NCBI GenBank assembly: GCA_010093605.1 | Contig: MU004195.1 | Span: 1,565,566-1,629,565 of the forward strand | DNA: 64,000 bases | DNA from: Lophium mytilinum | Taxonomy: Eukaryota | Reading direction: 5' to 3' | In this document: positions 36,386 to 49,481 of the stretch, one piece after another | Numbering within the stretch: position 1 is the first letter of the stretch | Layout: each line of letters begins with the position of its first letter | The notes under the pieces: generated by a model | The model's database searches: none | Told to the model about the DNA's origin: nothing | What the model saw: only the letters and a program-made list of their open reading frames with translations | Translations under genes and position numbers: made by a program

Positions 36386-37812
36386 TCAGACCTTCTTCTT
36401 CCACTTCCCGTCAGTCTTCCATCGCAACACTCCGACCAATGCTGCTGCGATTAGAGACATGCTTCCTGCGTAATACATCGCCGGCCTGTATGCTTTGAAG
36501 CCCGCCTCCGCACCTCCGAACGCACTCAGCATGTATCCCGCAATCGGGCCGCCGAGCAGATAGCCCCCAGCCCACCCAGTCACTACCATCCCCATCGCAA
36601 CAGCCACCCTCGTGCTCCCAAACAAACTCCCCACCACCGTCGGCATCGTTGCGAAGAACCCCCCATTTGCCGCGCCATTGATAACCACAAAGAGTATCAG
36701 AGGCCCCAGTTCGCTGCTCAGCGGCCAAATAGCCAACATACTGAACCCGCTAAGGAGGAGACTGAGAAAGAGCGCATGCAGCGGGCCGATCAAATCACAC
36801 AGCAACCCTAACCCAATCCTCCCAAACGCAGAGGAGAGGTTGAACCCCGCCACCAACGCCGCGCCCGCCGACGCCTCCAAGCCAATCGAATGCGCATACA
36901 GCGGTAAGAAGAACGGTGGCACGAACAGCGGAAACGTGGCGATTGCGCCCGCGGCGAAGAGCAGGCAGAACTTCAGGTCGCGGAAGAGCTTCCATTCGAT
37001 GAACGTCTTGCGGCGGACGGGGGCGCGCTCTTTGATGAGCCAGGCGGCGGGTAAGCCCGTGGCGAGGGTGAGCAGGCCGATGATGCGGAACGTCCAGGCG
37101 AGGGAGGTGGCTTGGATGAGCTTCTCCATGGCGAGGGAGGTCGCGGCGCCGCCGATGCCGCCGCCAGCGTAGACGATGCCGTTCGCGAGGCCGCGGCGGC
37201 GGGCGAAATATTGGGTTGGGGTGGTGGAGACGACGATGAAGCAGAGGCTGGGAATGGTGTTAGAATAAAGAGGATATGTGAACGGAAACGGAGAGATATT
37301 GTAATCGAGATTGGATGAAAGATTTATCACCTAGTTCCAACCCCAGATACAACTCCGATAGTCCCAAACAGTGCTGCAACATTTTTCACCGCGAAGCCAG
37401 CCATCACCTCGCCCAGTCCTAATAAGAGGACGCCGAGGAGAGCAGTCCATCTTGCGCCAACCGCCCGAATGATCCTGGCATTGAAGATCGCTAGCACGGC
37501 AATACACATAGGCGTCAAGCCGCCCACGAAACTGAGAGTAGAGGCATTGGAGAGGCCGTCATCGACGAGGGCTTTCTGTATCACTCCCCAGCTGTAAGAT
37601 GTCCCGACGAACCAAAAGCAGATGACTGCAGAAGCGAAAACGATGACCCAACCATAGCCGCCATCTGGAACTGTTGCATCTGCGAGGAGCGATTCAACGG
37701 CGTCGGAGGGAGGTGGTGATTGAGACCGGAGGGGAAGAATGGAGGTGTTGGACCTCTCGTTCTGTCCTTGGTCTCGCAATTCAATTGCTATGGTTTCGGT
37801 GGTTTGAGACAT
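36386..37812 (-). CDS. MFS monocarboxylate-transporter (MCT/Mch) family permease, 2 exons
   Basis: VPDGGYGWVIV, QYFARRRGLANGIVYAGGGIG; about 12 TM segments. Confidence 0.95.
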
Positions 37813-37863
37813 TCTTAATTCTTCAAGGACGTTAAGGAATGGAGCTGCTTTATGCAAATGGAA

Positions 37864-37920
37864 TTTTTATAGATGCGGGAGCTATACTCTAGACCCTAAA
37901 TTTCTCCGGATGATGACTCA
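37864..37920 (-). promoter_or_regulatory. TATA box and bZIP (Gcn4/CpcA/AP-1-type) site upstream of the MCT gene
   Basis: TATAAAAA on the minus strand at 37871-37864; TGACTCA at 37914-37920. Confidence 0.45.
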
Positions 37921-38364
37921 ACATGATTGAAAGGGCGTGCGGGTAGTGATGGTTTAGTGATTGGTGATCAATCAGCGTCACTGCTTAAGGTCTGCCCTAT
38001 GGCTGTTGAGATGAGAATCATGATCCTTGACGAAGTTAAGGGAAGCAGAGATGCAGTAAAGATCTAAATTCGTGGAAGAGACTTTGGGAGAGGCGGGAAG
38101 TCAGGTCCAAGAATAGTGAGCCAAGGGCTTCGGATCTTGTTTTATGCGATTTCACGGGACGATGCAACCACGATACCGTGAACTGATTCGATGCACAAAT
38201 GTATGCTGAATCTTTAAAAGGGCTGATGCGATGTGGTCGTCAATCATCACGTGACATTGTCAAACCCTTGGCATCTTCACATCTCCGGCTTCGAGCTTCC
38301 CGCAAGCTCCTCCAACCCGACCCGCCAAACTACCACGAACCCCCGAAGCACTTCTACCGCCACA

Positions 38365-38709
38365 ATGACTTTCGCCTGGAAAACCGCGGGGCTCACGTAC
38401 GCGTCCGCTTTATCCCTCAATCCGCCGCCTCACTGACAATGGCCAGCTACAACCGCTTCCTCGCGGTCGCATCCCGTACGGTCCGCCGCTCCCTCAAGGA
38501 AGACAAGCGCGTTGCCGCCGAGCGCCGTGGCGAGATGGACCTCCGGTTTGCCAAGTGGGAGGTGAGTTTGATACATCCTGGAGCCATTGGGCGTGTTAGT
38601 AAGGAGAGGAGCTGATGGCCGAGGGTAGAATGGCAAGCAGGGCGAGAACAAGAACTTGGGCGATGCGAACGCGGCGAGCTTTGTGGCACACGCGGAGAAG
38701 TCCTCGTAA
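38365..38709 (+). CDS. ATP15: Mitochondrial ATP synthase F1 epsilon subunit (3 exons)
   Basis: Spliced sequence MTFAWKTAGLT|YNRFLAVASRTVRRSLKED...FAKWE|NGKQGE. Confidence 0.96.
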
Positions 38710-39045
38710 GGGCCTACAAGGTCAATTGATGATTTCTGGGGTGGATAGATTGGGGACGGTCAATTGAAAAGCCGAGCGGGATGGACGGAGGAGAGGGCTG
38801 TATATTCTGTACTATCAAACCTCTGATGGGTCGAAATGAAGACGAATACTATCGATGTGCTCTTTTTTAGAACCTCAATCTGTTTCCTCTATGCGGTTTA
38901 TGAGTTTGACTTGGTGATATGTGACAGCATGCCTATGACCAACGCTGGAGTGACTTGCGTCTCGCGAGGTGAAGCCTCTTGGTGGTTTTCAGCGGCGGCC
39001 TGTCGTACAAAACTCTCCCCTCCTACCTACTTCTGAAATCCAACC

Positions 39046-42000
39046 ATGGCGAACACGTCAACCACAGAATCGCCAACAGAAGCCGATGATGACATCAGAG
39101 TTACTATCGAGAGTGCGTTTCTGGGTGTCGATGTCTTATATGAGGCTAACATGTCCCAGGTGCTGCCGACTGCGGCCTCGACCGCGACTCTGCATCGCCG
39201 AAACAGGTGCAGCTGCCGTTGAGACCGGTCCCGCAGCCAATCGTCAACGGTGGCTCTAAAGTTTGGGATATCACTGAGAGATTTACCAAGGCTTCTCAAG
39301 GTAGGTCGCTTTCCGGTGTTCTATTTCCTTCGGGCCGAGAGGTATTATTTTACTTCCAAGTTCAGTCCTATCAGTCCAATGTCATTAACTTGCACATTTT
39401 TGAAGTTTTATGAATATTTGGTTAACTCTTCCAGCTCTCGAGATCGGTCAGCTCGTGAAAGATGAGTACTTCACGCTCTTCGAATCCATCGGGGCTCTCG
39501 AGGTCAGTCGCATCAGCTCATTTCCGTATCGGCCTGCTGACTCTCCAGATTATGGATCCCAAGATGGACAGCGGATTTCTCCAGCCCGGCGAGACTCTAG
39601 AGGAAAACTACGATGCTTTACGGACCCTTCTCCCGGAAGAAGTCTTAGGCATCATGGACCAGCTTCTGTGCTACGAAATGGCGTGGCACCAAGGGTATCC
39701 GCTTTCCCAAACCCTGTTCACGTCAGTCTATATCGACAGACTGCTATGGCCGGAACCTCGATCTCTCGAAGAAGCGCAGTTCTACCGCGGAAATCCAGGA
39801 AGTGTGACTGATGCTTTACAGGATGTTCTTCGGGCGTACTGTTTAGGTATTATCAAATGCTGCGATTTCGTCATTGCCAAGATCACCTCGAGAGACTACT
39901 TTGAGGAAGAAGACTTTTGCACACATACGTACAACCGATCTTTATTTACCAAAGTACCTCATGACTTTGTGTTGCATGAGTTGGAGATTGCGGAGGAAAT
40001 ATTAGGGACCGAGTAAGTCGAACTATTTGACATGCTGATACTGTGTCTCGTCACAGATGTCCGCACACTTGTCTACCACTGTCTGAAACTACCATGAGGT
40101 ACCACAAGCGGTGGTAAGATAGTGTGTGGATATCTATTACCATGCACTGTACAAACACTCTTGTTCATGGTACTTTTCTATTTGACTGATCTTCTTTTAG
40201 TGTAGACAACATCGACGAAACAGTGAAAGCCGCTATACATTCCCGCTTGGAGTTCCGCAGAAACTTTCTGATAGCGCTCTCACCCGACTATTCTATCAAC
40301 TTCTTAGATAAGTACTGGCCACCGGTGTCTGCTCTACTTCCGGCGATCGAATCCTCTCATGAGCTAGCGCGTGTAGTGCCGGAAGCTTTCAGTACTAAGA
40401 TCCAGCGGAGGTTGACCAGCACTGTGCCACCACGGCCCATCGTCGAACTAGAGTTCAAGGATGCCTTTGCAAAGCTGAAACAGCTATGTGAAGATTGTGC
40501 CGAGGCTACAAAATACACTTTCCTGAACCCTACTCCGGAGGAATACCAGGTGAGTGTCTAATCAAACCTGTCATATTTCACTCAACATCTCTCTGATAGT
40601 ATGTCTTGACTAGTCATTCCTGTGGGCCTTCGCTTCTCGCAAAGTGCAGCCATCAGCGTACGCACGATCCTACCTAGCAGGTTTCGTTTTCGCCGGAGAC
40701 AATGATGTCTTCGAAGGCTTATTGCGGGACGATCTTGCTGCTACGGTATTTCCGGAAGATCAGGTCCTTGATCCTATCAATTGGACTATTGATGCGCCTC
40801 GTAACCCGCTTTTCCCGAAGGATAAGCGGCTTCAGATGGCCAGCATCATCGACGATTTCACAAATAGAACAACTCAGGTATGTCTAGCCAAGTAAAATAG
40901 TCTTATAGCTCTATTATTACTGATCTACTTCTTAGAACTATCTAGAGTTTTGGACAGCTCTCTGCCAAAACCGGTGTCGAATGCGGCGGATGCTCTGTCA
41001 CAGTCTGCTTGCGTTCGACCAGCTACAGTCCGACGTACGTATATTCCTTCTCTCTAGAAAGTAGAGGCTTCAGTGACTATCCACATGCTTATACAATGTA
41101 GGCAAGTATACTCGATGATGAGCTACAAGCCCTAACATCCGACCTCCAACAATACCCTCTCACGACGTGGGTCTACCACCTCAAGCTCCGCCAAATGGAA
41201 TGGATCATCCAGCTCGGCTTCGAACAAGACATCTACCTCCCAGATGAACTTGCAGGCATGTATCTCTTCCTCGCCAAAGTCGCCGAAACCCGCAACCGGC
41301 TCCTCATCACCCTTCTCGAGTTCTGGGAGCAGCGGCAAAAGCGGCTAGAAAAGGGCAAGAAAGCGGACGTCGAAAAGGCCGCCATAGTTCAGGAAGGAAA
41401 AGCCTACATTGAGGCACTCCTCGCTGAAGCTATTGGCACAGAAGAGCTAAGTGCGGCATTGAGCAGTGTAAGTCTCTCACCTCTTCTCCTATTACGCGCA
41501 TTGTCTAACTGCTTTACTAACATTTTTCACGCACAGCTCTACGCCCTTCTCTCCTATCTCCACCTGCTCCCGCAACCACCGCGGCCCTTCTCTACTCCAG
41601 AGCTGCGCTACGAGCTCCGCACCAAACCCTTCGCCCTCCTTCAACCCGTCGAAATCATCGCTTTCAATACCCTTACCACACATATCCACCCCTTCGGCCC
41701 ACCTGAGTCCCCAACATCTCCATTAGAGCTCATCGTCAAACATGTGCAGAAAGCGCCTACCTACCAACCCATCGACGCGAGTATCAAGCGCGCGAAAGAC
41801 GCCTTTGCGAAACTGAAGAAGCTCGGGCCGAAGGCGGCTAGTGCGGAGGGGGTTAAGGAGCAGTGGGCAAGTAGGGTGCAGGGGTGTTTATTTAGCTGTG
41901 TAGCTGCAGGTGTTGCGGTAGCAGGCCTAAGGGCCATTTCAGGAGAGCTGAAGCAGACCGCAGATGCGAAAGGGAGGGTGAGGGTGGAGGGGGTGGCAGA

Positions 42001-42064
42001 GGGAGAAGGGGAGGGGAAGCGGTATCACGAGTGGTGGGTGGTGCCTAAGCTTGTGAAGCTATGA
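39046..42064 (+). CDS. MAK10: NatC N-terminal acetyltransferase auxiliary subunit Mak10/NAA35 (multi-exon)
   Basis: YFTLFESIGALE|IMDPKMDSG, EMAWHQGYPLSQTLFTSVY, EEEDF, QNRCRMRR, LGFEQDIYLPDEL and WWVVP. Confidence 0.95.
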
Positions 42065-42501
42065 TCTGGATCTTACTGCTGTAGATCGCGGGGATGTTGT
42101 TGGTACGGAGGAGGCCGTCTAAATAACATCGAGTTTCTCTTCTCTTACAGTGTCTTGCCACAAGTTTGGGCACAGCACTATTTGAGGTGCTTCAATAGGA
42201 TTACAAAACTTATGATGATTTGAACACTTGAGCGCTTGAAAGAGAAAGACTTCATACGCGTAGAGAGAGCCTACTTGGCCGCTGTTTCTATGCTGTTCCG
42301 GTGCATCATCTCACTTCTAAGTGGGACTATAAGACAGCATGCCCAGAACTGAGGTCCTAGCACGGTATAAAGCCTTTTCAAACCGAAACAAAGTTGATTT
42401 TGGCGCACTACCCCTCACAATTTCGGAATCTCCGAAGAAAACAAACCCCCAATACCATCTACGCCATTCAAACGCCATAGCCCAGCCCTCAACCACCCCC
42501 C

Positions 42502-43031
42502 ATGACGCCTAAGCTCCGAGAACCACTGGGTATCTGCATCCGCATCCCAAATCCAACCCGCCCATCCTGAACGCCCCCTATTAAACAAATTGCCTCGTTG
42601 ACTCGTGTCACTCTAACCCTTGAACTTCCTCAAACTCATCTATTCCAATTAGATAATGATACTGACTACAACAAACGCGATTGGGGAACCTACGTCTCGC
42701 ACCCGGCGTATACTCCGCGCGGAAATCCCCCTCTCGCCATCGCGTTTCGAGCGAATAGCTGCTTCGCGCATCAGACTGATCTTCGTTAGTAACTGTACGG
42801 TTCGGATTTAAGTTGTTTGCGCTGTGCTCGCTGGTCCTGTATTATGGCGCAGAAGAGAGGAAGGAGGAAGGGTATAAGAGGGGCCGTACTCTTGTAGGAA
42901 AAGGGTGTAGTCGAGGAAGATCTGGGTGGTTGTTAGTATGTGGTTGTTTAGGAGGAGCGTTGTTGGCGTACGAGGATGTCTACGTTTTTGCTCAGCGTGC
43001 GATTTGCGTGGGCGCGGATTATACGCTTTAG
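42502..43031 (+). pseudogene. Possible decayed orphan gene
   Basis: ATG 42502 is in frame with ORF 42598-42789 but separated from it by a TGA; further broken frames follow; C-rich to G-rich skew. Confidence 0.22.
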
Positions 43032-43447
43032 GGTGTTGCGGGGGTAGAGAGAAGAGCCGGATGCTGGGGCCATGGTTGTGGTGTTGTGTTTTGGTGGTCG
43101 TTATTTAATGGTCGTTGTTTGGAAGTGTTGATGTGGTGCTGGGACGCGGTTGTTTTAGCGGCGGGGAACGGTATCACGTGCACGCATTTACAGAGTAGAT
43201 GGAGTAGGTGAATTTGGTATCCCTGAGAATCTAGGAACGTGAGACTTAACGCGATCGGGAGGGCTTCACGAGATTGTACGTTTGTTTGGTGGTGGTGTTG
43301 GAATCGTGATATTCTCTGTAGAATACAAGTCCTCAGAAGCGCTCAAATCTAAGCAAGCCGCTTCTAAATAGCCTCCATCCCCGCACCAACAGATCATCTG
43401 GGGTCTTACAACCCCTTCGGCATCATACTTGCTCACTCAAGTACCCC

Positions 43448-44362
43448 TCATGAATCTGAATCCACCTCCATCCCCTCCTCCTCAGCCGGCGCCTCCCGAT
43501 TCTCAAACGTCGTCTCCAGCCACTCCTGAACCTCCGCATGTTCATAAAGCTTGAAGTTCTCGTCGATCCCACAAACCCCCACACTAGTGTTCTCAATCGT
43601 CAGCTCCTTATCCTGCGCCAGACTGTCCTTCAGCGCCCTCAACGCATGCTTGACCAGCTCTTCCCTGCCAGCACCCTCAAACTCCTCCAAGTTCCGCTCC
43701 AGATACGTCCGCGCCATCTGGCTGCGCGCCCCGATTCCACACGCCTGCATCTCCTGCGTGACGCCGCTCGGCTGGAACTCGAAGAGGTGTGGGCCGCGGG
43801 CGTCGACACCAGCGATGAGCAGCCCGACGCCGTAGGGCCGCTTGCCGTACTGCTGCGTGTTGGTCTGCGCGCGGTCGGCGATGCGGAGGGTGATTTCGGC
43901 TAGGGGAATTGCGCGGTCGTACGTCAGGCGGGAGGCGAGGGATTGCTGCTTCATGAAGTTGGAGAGGACGCGGGCGTCGGAGGCGAGGCCGGCGAGGGCA
44001 ACGCCGTAGTGCGAGTCTATTGGGATGATCTTTTTTTGGTAGGAGGAAAGTTCTTCGGCGTTGCGCTGGGAGGGGAACGGTCAGTGTTGTTCGGATCGTA
44101 GCAGTGGATGTGTGTTTTGAATCGATATGGATGTGGATATTGTGAATGAGGGTGTTGGCGTACCTTGATAGCTGCAAGCACGGCATGTGTCTTGCTCACT
44201 ATGCCTACGACGACGGAGCCCTGCTTCACGGCTTCTGATGCGTACTCGACTTGGAAGATGCGGCCTTGGGGTGAGCTGGCGTTGTTAGCTAGAGAAATAC
44301 ATAGACAGAATTGTGTTGGCTCACAAGGTCACCGAGTCGTTGTCATAATTGTTCCTGAACAT
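43448..44362 (-). CDS. PRE5: 20S proteasome subunit alpha-6 (alpha type-1)
   Basis: [50 protein letters not shown]. Confidence 0.98.
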
Positions 44363-44703
44363 GATGGGCGAGTAATAGAGGTATCAAGTTCGAGACAAGA
44401 GTGAGAGGGGCGGTTGAGGAGAGTAGTGGTATGTCGTCGTGGTGTTGAGTGCAAGGCAGATGTCCCGTTACGAATACGCGGTGGAGCTCAAGAGCTCTCG
44501 CGCTAGGCCCGCTCCTTCTCCAGCCTCATCGCGGCGCCAACGTCGATCGAACAGCAACCTTGCGCAGCCCACCAGCTCCTCACGCCTCTACGACCAGATC
44601 TCTACTCCGGAACTGCAACTGAGTCCACGCGCTCCGATAAATTCTCATATTACTCTCGAATACGCCAAAAACTCCCCCACAACTCCATCAGGCCCCCGCA
44701 AAG

Positions 44704-45285
44704 ATGGCTGGCCTCAAGACCATCATCGCCCTCTCCTTCGTACGCTCCCAGGGCTCAGCTGCCTCCCTCACTGTTATTTCATGGGTCTAACACTTCCATA
44801 CTCTAGGTCCTCGCCATCGGCTTCCTGCTCGTGATCCTCTCCTCCGCGCTATGGCACAACTACTTCCCGCTGCTCGTCGTCGCAACCTACGTCGTAGCGC
44901 CCTTGCCCAACTGGCTCTGCGGGCACGCCGCCAACCCAGATGACTTTATGGAGAGCAGCGGGAGCGGGATTGTTGATTTCGGGCGGTTCTTGACGGGATT
45001 CTTGGTGGTAATGGGGATTGGTATGTGCACCCTGTTCTATAAGCAAGAGAAGGGAGTTGGAAGAGAGACTGGATAATCCTGGTATCCAACGCGAAAGCCT
45101 CCTAAGAACTTTATACGTTGAGAGGATCGCGACTGACTCGTTATATTGCAGCTTTACCAGCACTGCTCGCTCACTGCGCCATCATCCAGACCCCGGCTAT
45201 GGTCATGTCGATTATCGGTGGCCTCTTGATTTACGGCACTATCATCAGCTTTACCCTCTTCTTCCAAGAGGAGGCGGAGTTCTAA
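44704..45285 (+). CDS. VPS55: Vacuolar protein sorting 55 (OB-RGRP/LEPROT family), 3 exons
   Basis: MAGLKTIIALSF|VLAIGFLLVILSSAL...DFGRFLTGFLVVMGI|ALPALLAHC...FFQEEAEF. Confidence 0.95.
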
Positions 45286-45883
45286 GTTATGTATTTGGAA
45301 GAGTTGATAGCGGGGTTGGGCGGGGTGTCATTTCGTGGGGATAGTGTACAGTAAGTCCTATTAGGCAGCGAGGGTAGAACCGGGTATCAGGATTGGCGTG
45401 CAGTGATTTGGGAACTTTGGAGCTCGCACTTGGAAGCGTTTTGTAACATTGAGTTAAGACTATCTCATGAGGCTTCATTATGTGCTATTGTCTCTGCCGT
45501 GTATGGAAAGTTTATCCGTCATGATATACCACGACGTGTTGTAGGGGTCTCCCCTTTGTTAACTGAGAAAGCATCCATATCTCTAATGGTCAAAGCAGTA
45601 CCTAAAGAACCGAAAGACACAACCTGCCAACTTTCTCACGATGCATGACGTCGCTTGACTTCTCGTATTAGGCACGTGCGCATCGAATTGACGGACTTTG
45701 ATATCGCAACGCTACAATCGAACTATGACTACTGTGAGCAAAAGGCAACGCAAATACGCCTGATAGATATTGGTACAGCAACAAGCTCACGCGGGAAACC
45801 TTCCGGTCCCGTGTGGGCAGATCCAAACGCGCCCCATCCGGCTCACTGCTCGTCGTCCCTGTGCATGTAAGCCATGCTCGTCC

Positions 45884-46547
45884 TCAAAGCGCCAGGTTAT
45901 ATGTATACTCGTCTTCCATGTTCTGCGCGACCCACAGGACCACCGAACTGCATTCCCATTAGCATAGTCCCATCAAAACCAGGACTCAGGAGGGCAGCAT
46001 AAGCCGCTCCGTCCATCACTCACCTCAACATCACGCATCCGTTCGCCACCACATTCGCCGTCCCCATCCACAGCGTTGGCCACACATACTCTGGCACGAC
46101 ATACTTTAGCACGAGCACCGTCACCGCGCCCGCGAGCCCGCCCGCCATCAGCGCGAAACCCAGGAACAAGACTAGTCGCGCCTTCCACGCCACGCCATTC
46201 CCGCTGTAGCTGAAAGAGTCGGCGGAGAGCCGTGACTTGTCGATCGAGTTTATGACGAGCATCCCCAGTGCGCTGCAGATGCCTGGGATCCAGTCCACGA
46301 AGGTGATGTGCACGGCGGGGTCAGAGCCGTTGAGCGCGGATTTAGAGTACGCAGCCGCGTCGATGAGGATGTAGAAGCCAAGGGAGAACTATGGAAAGAA
46401 CGAGGTTAGTAATTGGGGTCGACGGAGGGGGGGGGATGGGCATGGGGCACATACGAGGGCGCCTGCAGTGTAAACGCCGAAGGTGCGCGCGTTGGCGTTG
46501 TTGAGCCATTGCGGTTTTGGGAAGCGGAAGAGTCGGTGGGAGGACAT
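45884..46547 (-). CDS. VPS68: Vacuolar protein sorting 68 (UPF0220/TMEM50 family), 3 exons
   Basis: GVYTAGAL|FSLGF, HITFVDWIPGICSALGMLVINSIDKSRL, ARLVLFLGFALMAGG, LWVAQNMEDEYTYNLAL. Confidence 0.95.
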
Positions 46548-46773
46548 TTCGAGCATGTGGATGATTTCGTTGGAGGTTGGGCTGTTGGAGCTGGATGCTG
46601 TGGTGTTGGGTTCAGTGCCTCGCTGCGATGAGGCTGGAGCTACAGTCGTCGTGGTTCCAACCTGGAGATCGGCTTGCCGGGATTAGCGTGCCAAGAGTTT
46701 CTCGGGCCGTCTTTCGCAAAGCTCCATCTTCGAACATTTTTGCGATCGACATCTGCAAAAATCACAACCGACA

Positions 46774-47456
46774 ATGGCGCCCACGAAATCCTCGAAAACG
46801 TCCTCGAAAGGCTCGTCAAAGCCTAAGGGCAAGACTGGGGCTACGCAGAGCTCGAAATCCCGCAAACCCTCTGCTGACAGCGGCATTTCGAAACGGAAAC
46901 AGAAAGGCCTCTCGCTCGCGAAACCTGGCGGGGCACAGAAGACCAAGCCAGCTGCGGTGTTGAAGAAGAAGAGGCGGATGTACAGCGAGAAAGAGCTGGG
47001 GATTCCGACACTCAATATGATTACACCAGCGGGCGTGCAAAAAGTCAAAGGGCAGAAGAAGGGCAAGGTCTTCGTGGATGATACCGAGAGCATGATGACC
47101 ATTTTAGCTATGGTGAACGCAGACAAAGATGGACAGATTGAGTCGAAGATGATGCGAGCGGTTAGTGTAGGGATGCTAGAACTATCTGGGCTTGGCTAAT
47201 GTGTGGCAGAGGCAATTAGAGGAGATTCGGGAAGCGAGGAGGAAGGAGGCAGAGGCTAGGAGTGAGCAAAAGGAAGCTATCCTAGTGAGTGGACAGTGTG
47301 CAATAAGGGCAGTTCTAATGCTAATGGTAAATCTAGGAAGAAACCAAGGATTCCCTCCGTAAGAAGCGAAACAAGAAAGTAGCCCCCAAGAAAGACGACG
47401 TGGTCAGCGCCCCGCCAAAATCAAAGGGGAAGATGAAGAGGGTGTCCTTCGGATGA
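46774..47456 (+). CDS. LOC1: 60S ribosomal assembly/export protein Loc1-like, 3 exons
   Basis: Lys-rich; [43 protein letters not shown]; ends KRVSFG. Confidence 0.9.
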
Positions 47457-47500
47457 GAGTATGTTAGTCTATAGGGGTGTTTAGGAGTCCGTCTATGCGA

Positions 47501-49055
47501 TCATGGCTCTATTGTTGGGTCATGCAATCTCCGGCGCAAGGGATCAAAACGCGGGCCTTTCCCCTCGGCCACAGCGTTGCTATTCAGCGTGGCGTTCTTA
47601 GTCGCGGTGGCCGTGGTATCAACATCAACCTCGAACTTCTTCAAAAAATCGGTTGCCTACTGGAGTTAGTCTCTAGATCTAAGAGCGCCATTCAATGAAC
47701 CTTACCGCTTGGGCGAACCACCGCTTGCCTCCGATCTGGAACCATCCGAGATGGCCACCCATAGAAGTTGCGCATAAGACCGCGAACGGGTTCAGCTTGA
47801 ACTCTTCGTATGGAATGGCTTCATTGCAAGCAATCTGGAAAGACGAGTCAGTGGGTTCATGGTTGAGGTTGGCTTCACTCTTACCGGATCGTCTTCCGCG
47901 TTGATGGCAAGGAGCGGTATCCTAACGTTGTTCAAAGCATCCACTGATGATGCATCGCGGTAATATGCTCCTTCAGTGGGGTAGCCCCAGGTAGGCCCTT
48001 GTATGTATCTATATACCCGATTCATAAGCATCCCACCAGCGATATTGGGTAGTGAATGAATGTTACCTGTCAAACTCGTACAAGAATCGCACGCTTCTTA
48101 CTTTCTTCTCATCGATCAGTGGATTCTTGAGAATCTGTTCCGAGTGGCTGTGGTACTGTTAGATCATGGAAATTTACAGAAAAGGTATACTCACATCTCA
48201 AACAGCTTCAAGACAGAGCCCCCTAAGACTCTGCAATACAGGTTGAGGCCGACCCATGTCGATTGCAGTACTATGTTGCTCACCTCCAGGTTCCAAGGAC
48301 TCGATATGACCACTGCAGCTTTGAGCTCACAGCTTGAGCCTTCTTCCGCAACGTACTATGCATCACCAGGGTCAATAAGAGAATACGACGATGAGAAAGC
48401 CTCTTACATTAGTCAGAATAGTTGCCCCTAGAGAAAACCCCATTCCGTACAAATGCCTATTCGGAAACTTCACGCGCAGCCACTTCACCAATTGCCGCAC
48501 ATCCCAAGAAGCTCGAGCATTGAACAGCCTATCCGTTGTCAACTTCGACATGGAACAACCCCTTGCATTGATCACACAGCCCTCCCAGCCAGCTTCTGGT
48601 GTTAATAACGGAGCTATCGCATATCTCAAATAGAGCTCATGCGACCCCCCACTCAGCCCATGGAGAGCAATAATCATAGGCTTGCTGTCCAAAGACCCAA
48701 TTTGGTCGATCTCTCTCTCGGAGTAGTACGTCGTACGCTCTGGCAACGTAACATCTTTCGGACTTGATTCGCGGGCTACAAAGTCCACAGTGAATTGGCC
48801 TGGGTAGTTGATGTCGTTGGATTCGAAAATTTTGCGTTTGTAAATGAGTGCTGGCCCTTCGGCTTTGATGGCTGTGTAGCAAGTTTGGAGATGGCCATTG
48901 AAGAGAAGAGGGTTCAGGTGACATTCTGGTATCGTGTCTTTACAGAACTCCGATAAGGGCACTTCGTCGCCGGACTTTGTGGTCAATTGGATCGGGGTGG
49001 TTGGATGGGCCCAGGTAGTTTTGGCGTGGCCGTAGATCCAGGAGAAGTCTACCAT
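47501..49055 (-). CDS. Eht1/Eeb1-like acyl-CoA:ethanol acyltransferase/esterase (ABHD-type alpha/beta hydrolase)
   Basis: LFNGHLQT, LHGLSGGSHELY, NARGC, GFSLGATIL nucleophile, INAEDDP, GGHLGWF. Confidence 0.93.
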
Positions 49056-49481
49056 AGTGCCCGATCGAAGGATTCGCAGATCGGGTGTTTGATTGGTAGA
49101 TGTTCTGCTACTGGTGGGGTGTTTCCTGGATTGTGAGAGAACACCAGTGAGGACTTTGGAATTGCTCTCAGTCTTGACGGCTCGTGTGACACGCTTGAGA
49201 TTGATTAGGCCCCAGATAGCCTGGATGACGAGAAGAGAGAGAAAAATGAGTTTTTGTCTAAAGTTTCTCAGGATGCCTCGGTTTAAAGATTAATGATGCA
49301 TGAGGCACTCCACTATTACGATTAGGCTCGTGATTGGCTGGGCAGACGCGCAGTTTGACGCGGCCAAGCCAAGACGTCGCGACTTCACGACGCTCATTCA
49401 TCCACCGTCTTCTAACCACCATGAGTCTGTGACACAGGAGGATGGTCTACCGGCCCTTCGGACTATATTCACAGTGCAGCC

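Noticed and set aside
42613..42620. ctaaccct as a possible telomerase RNA template
   Set aside because: Too short, with no supporting structure that I can recognise.
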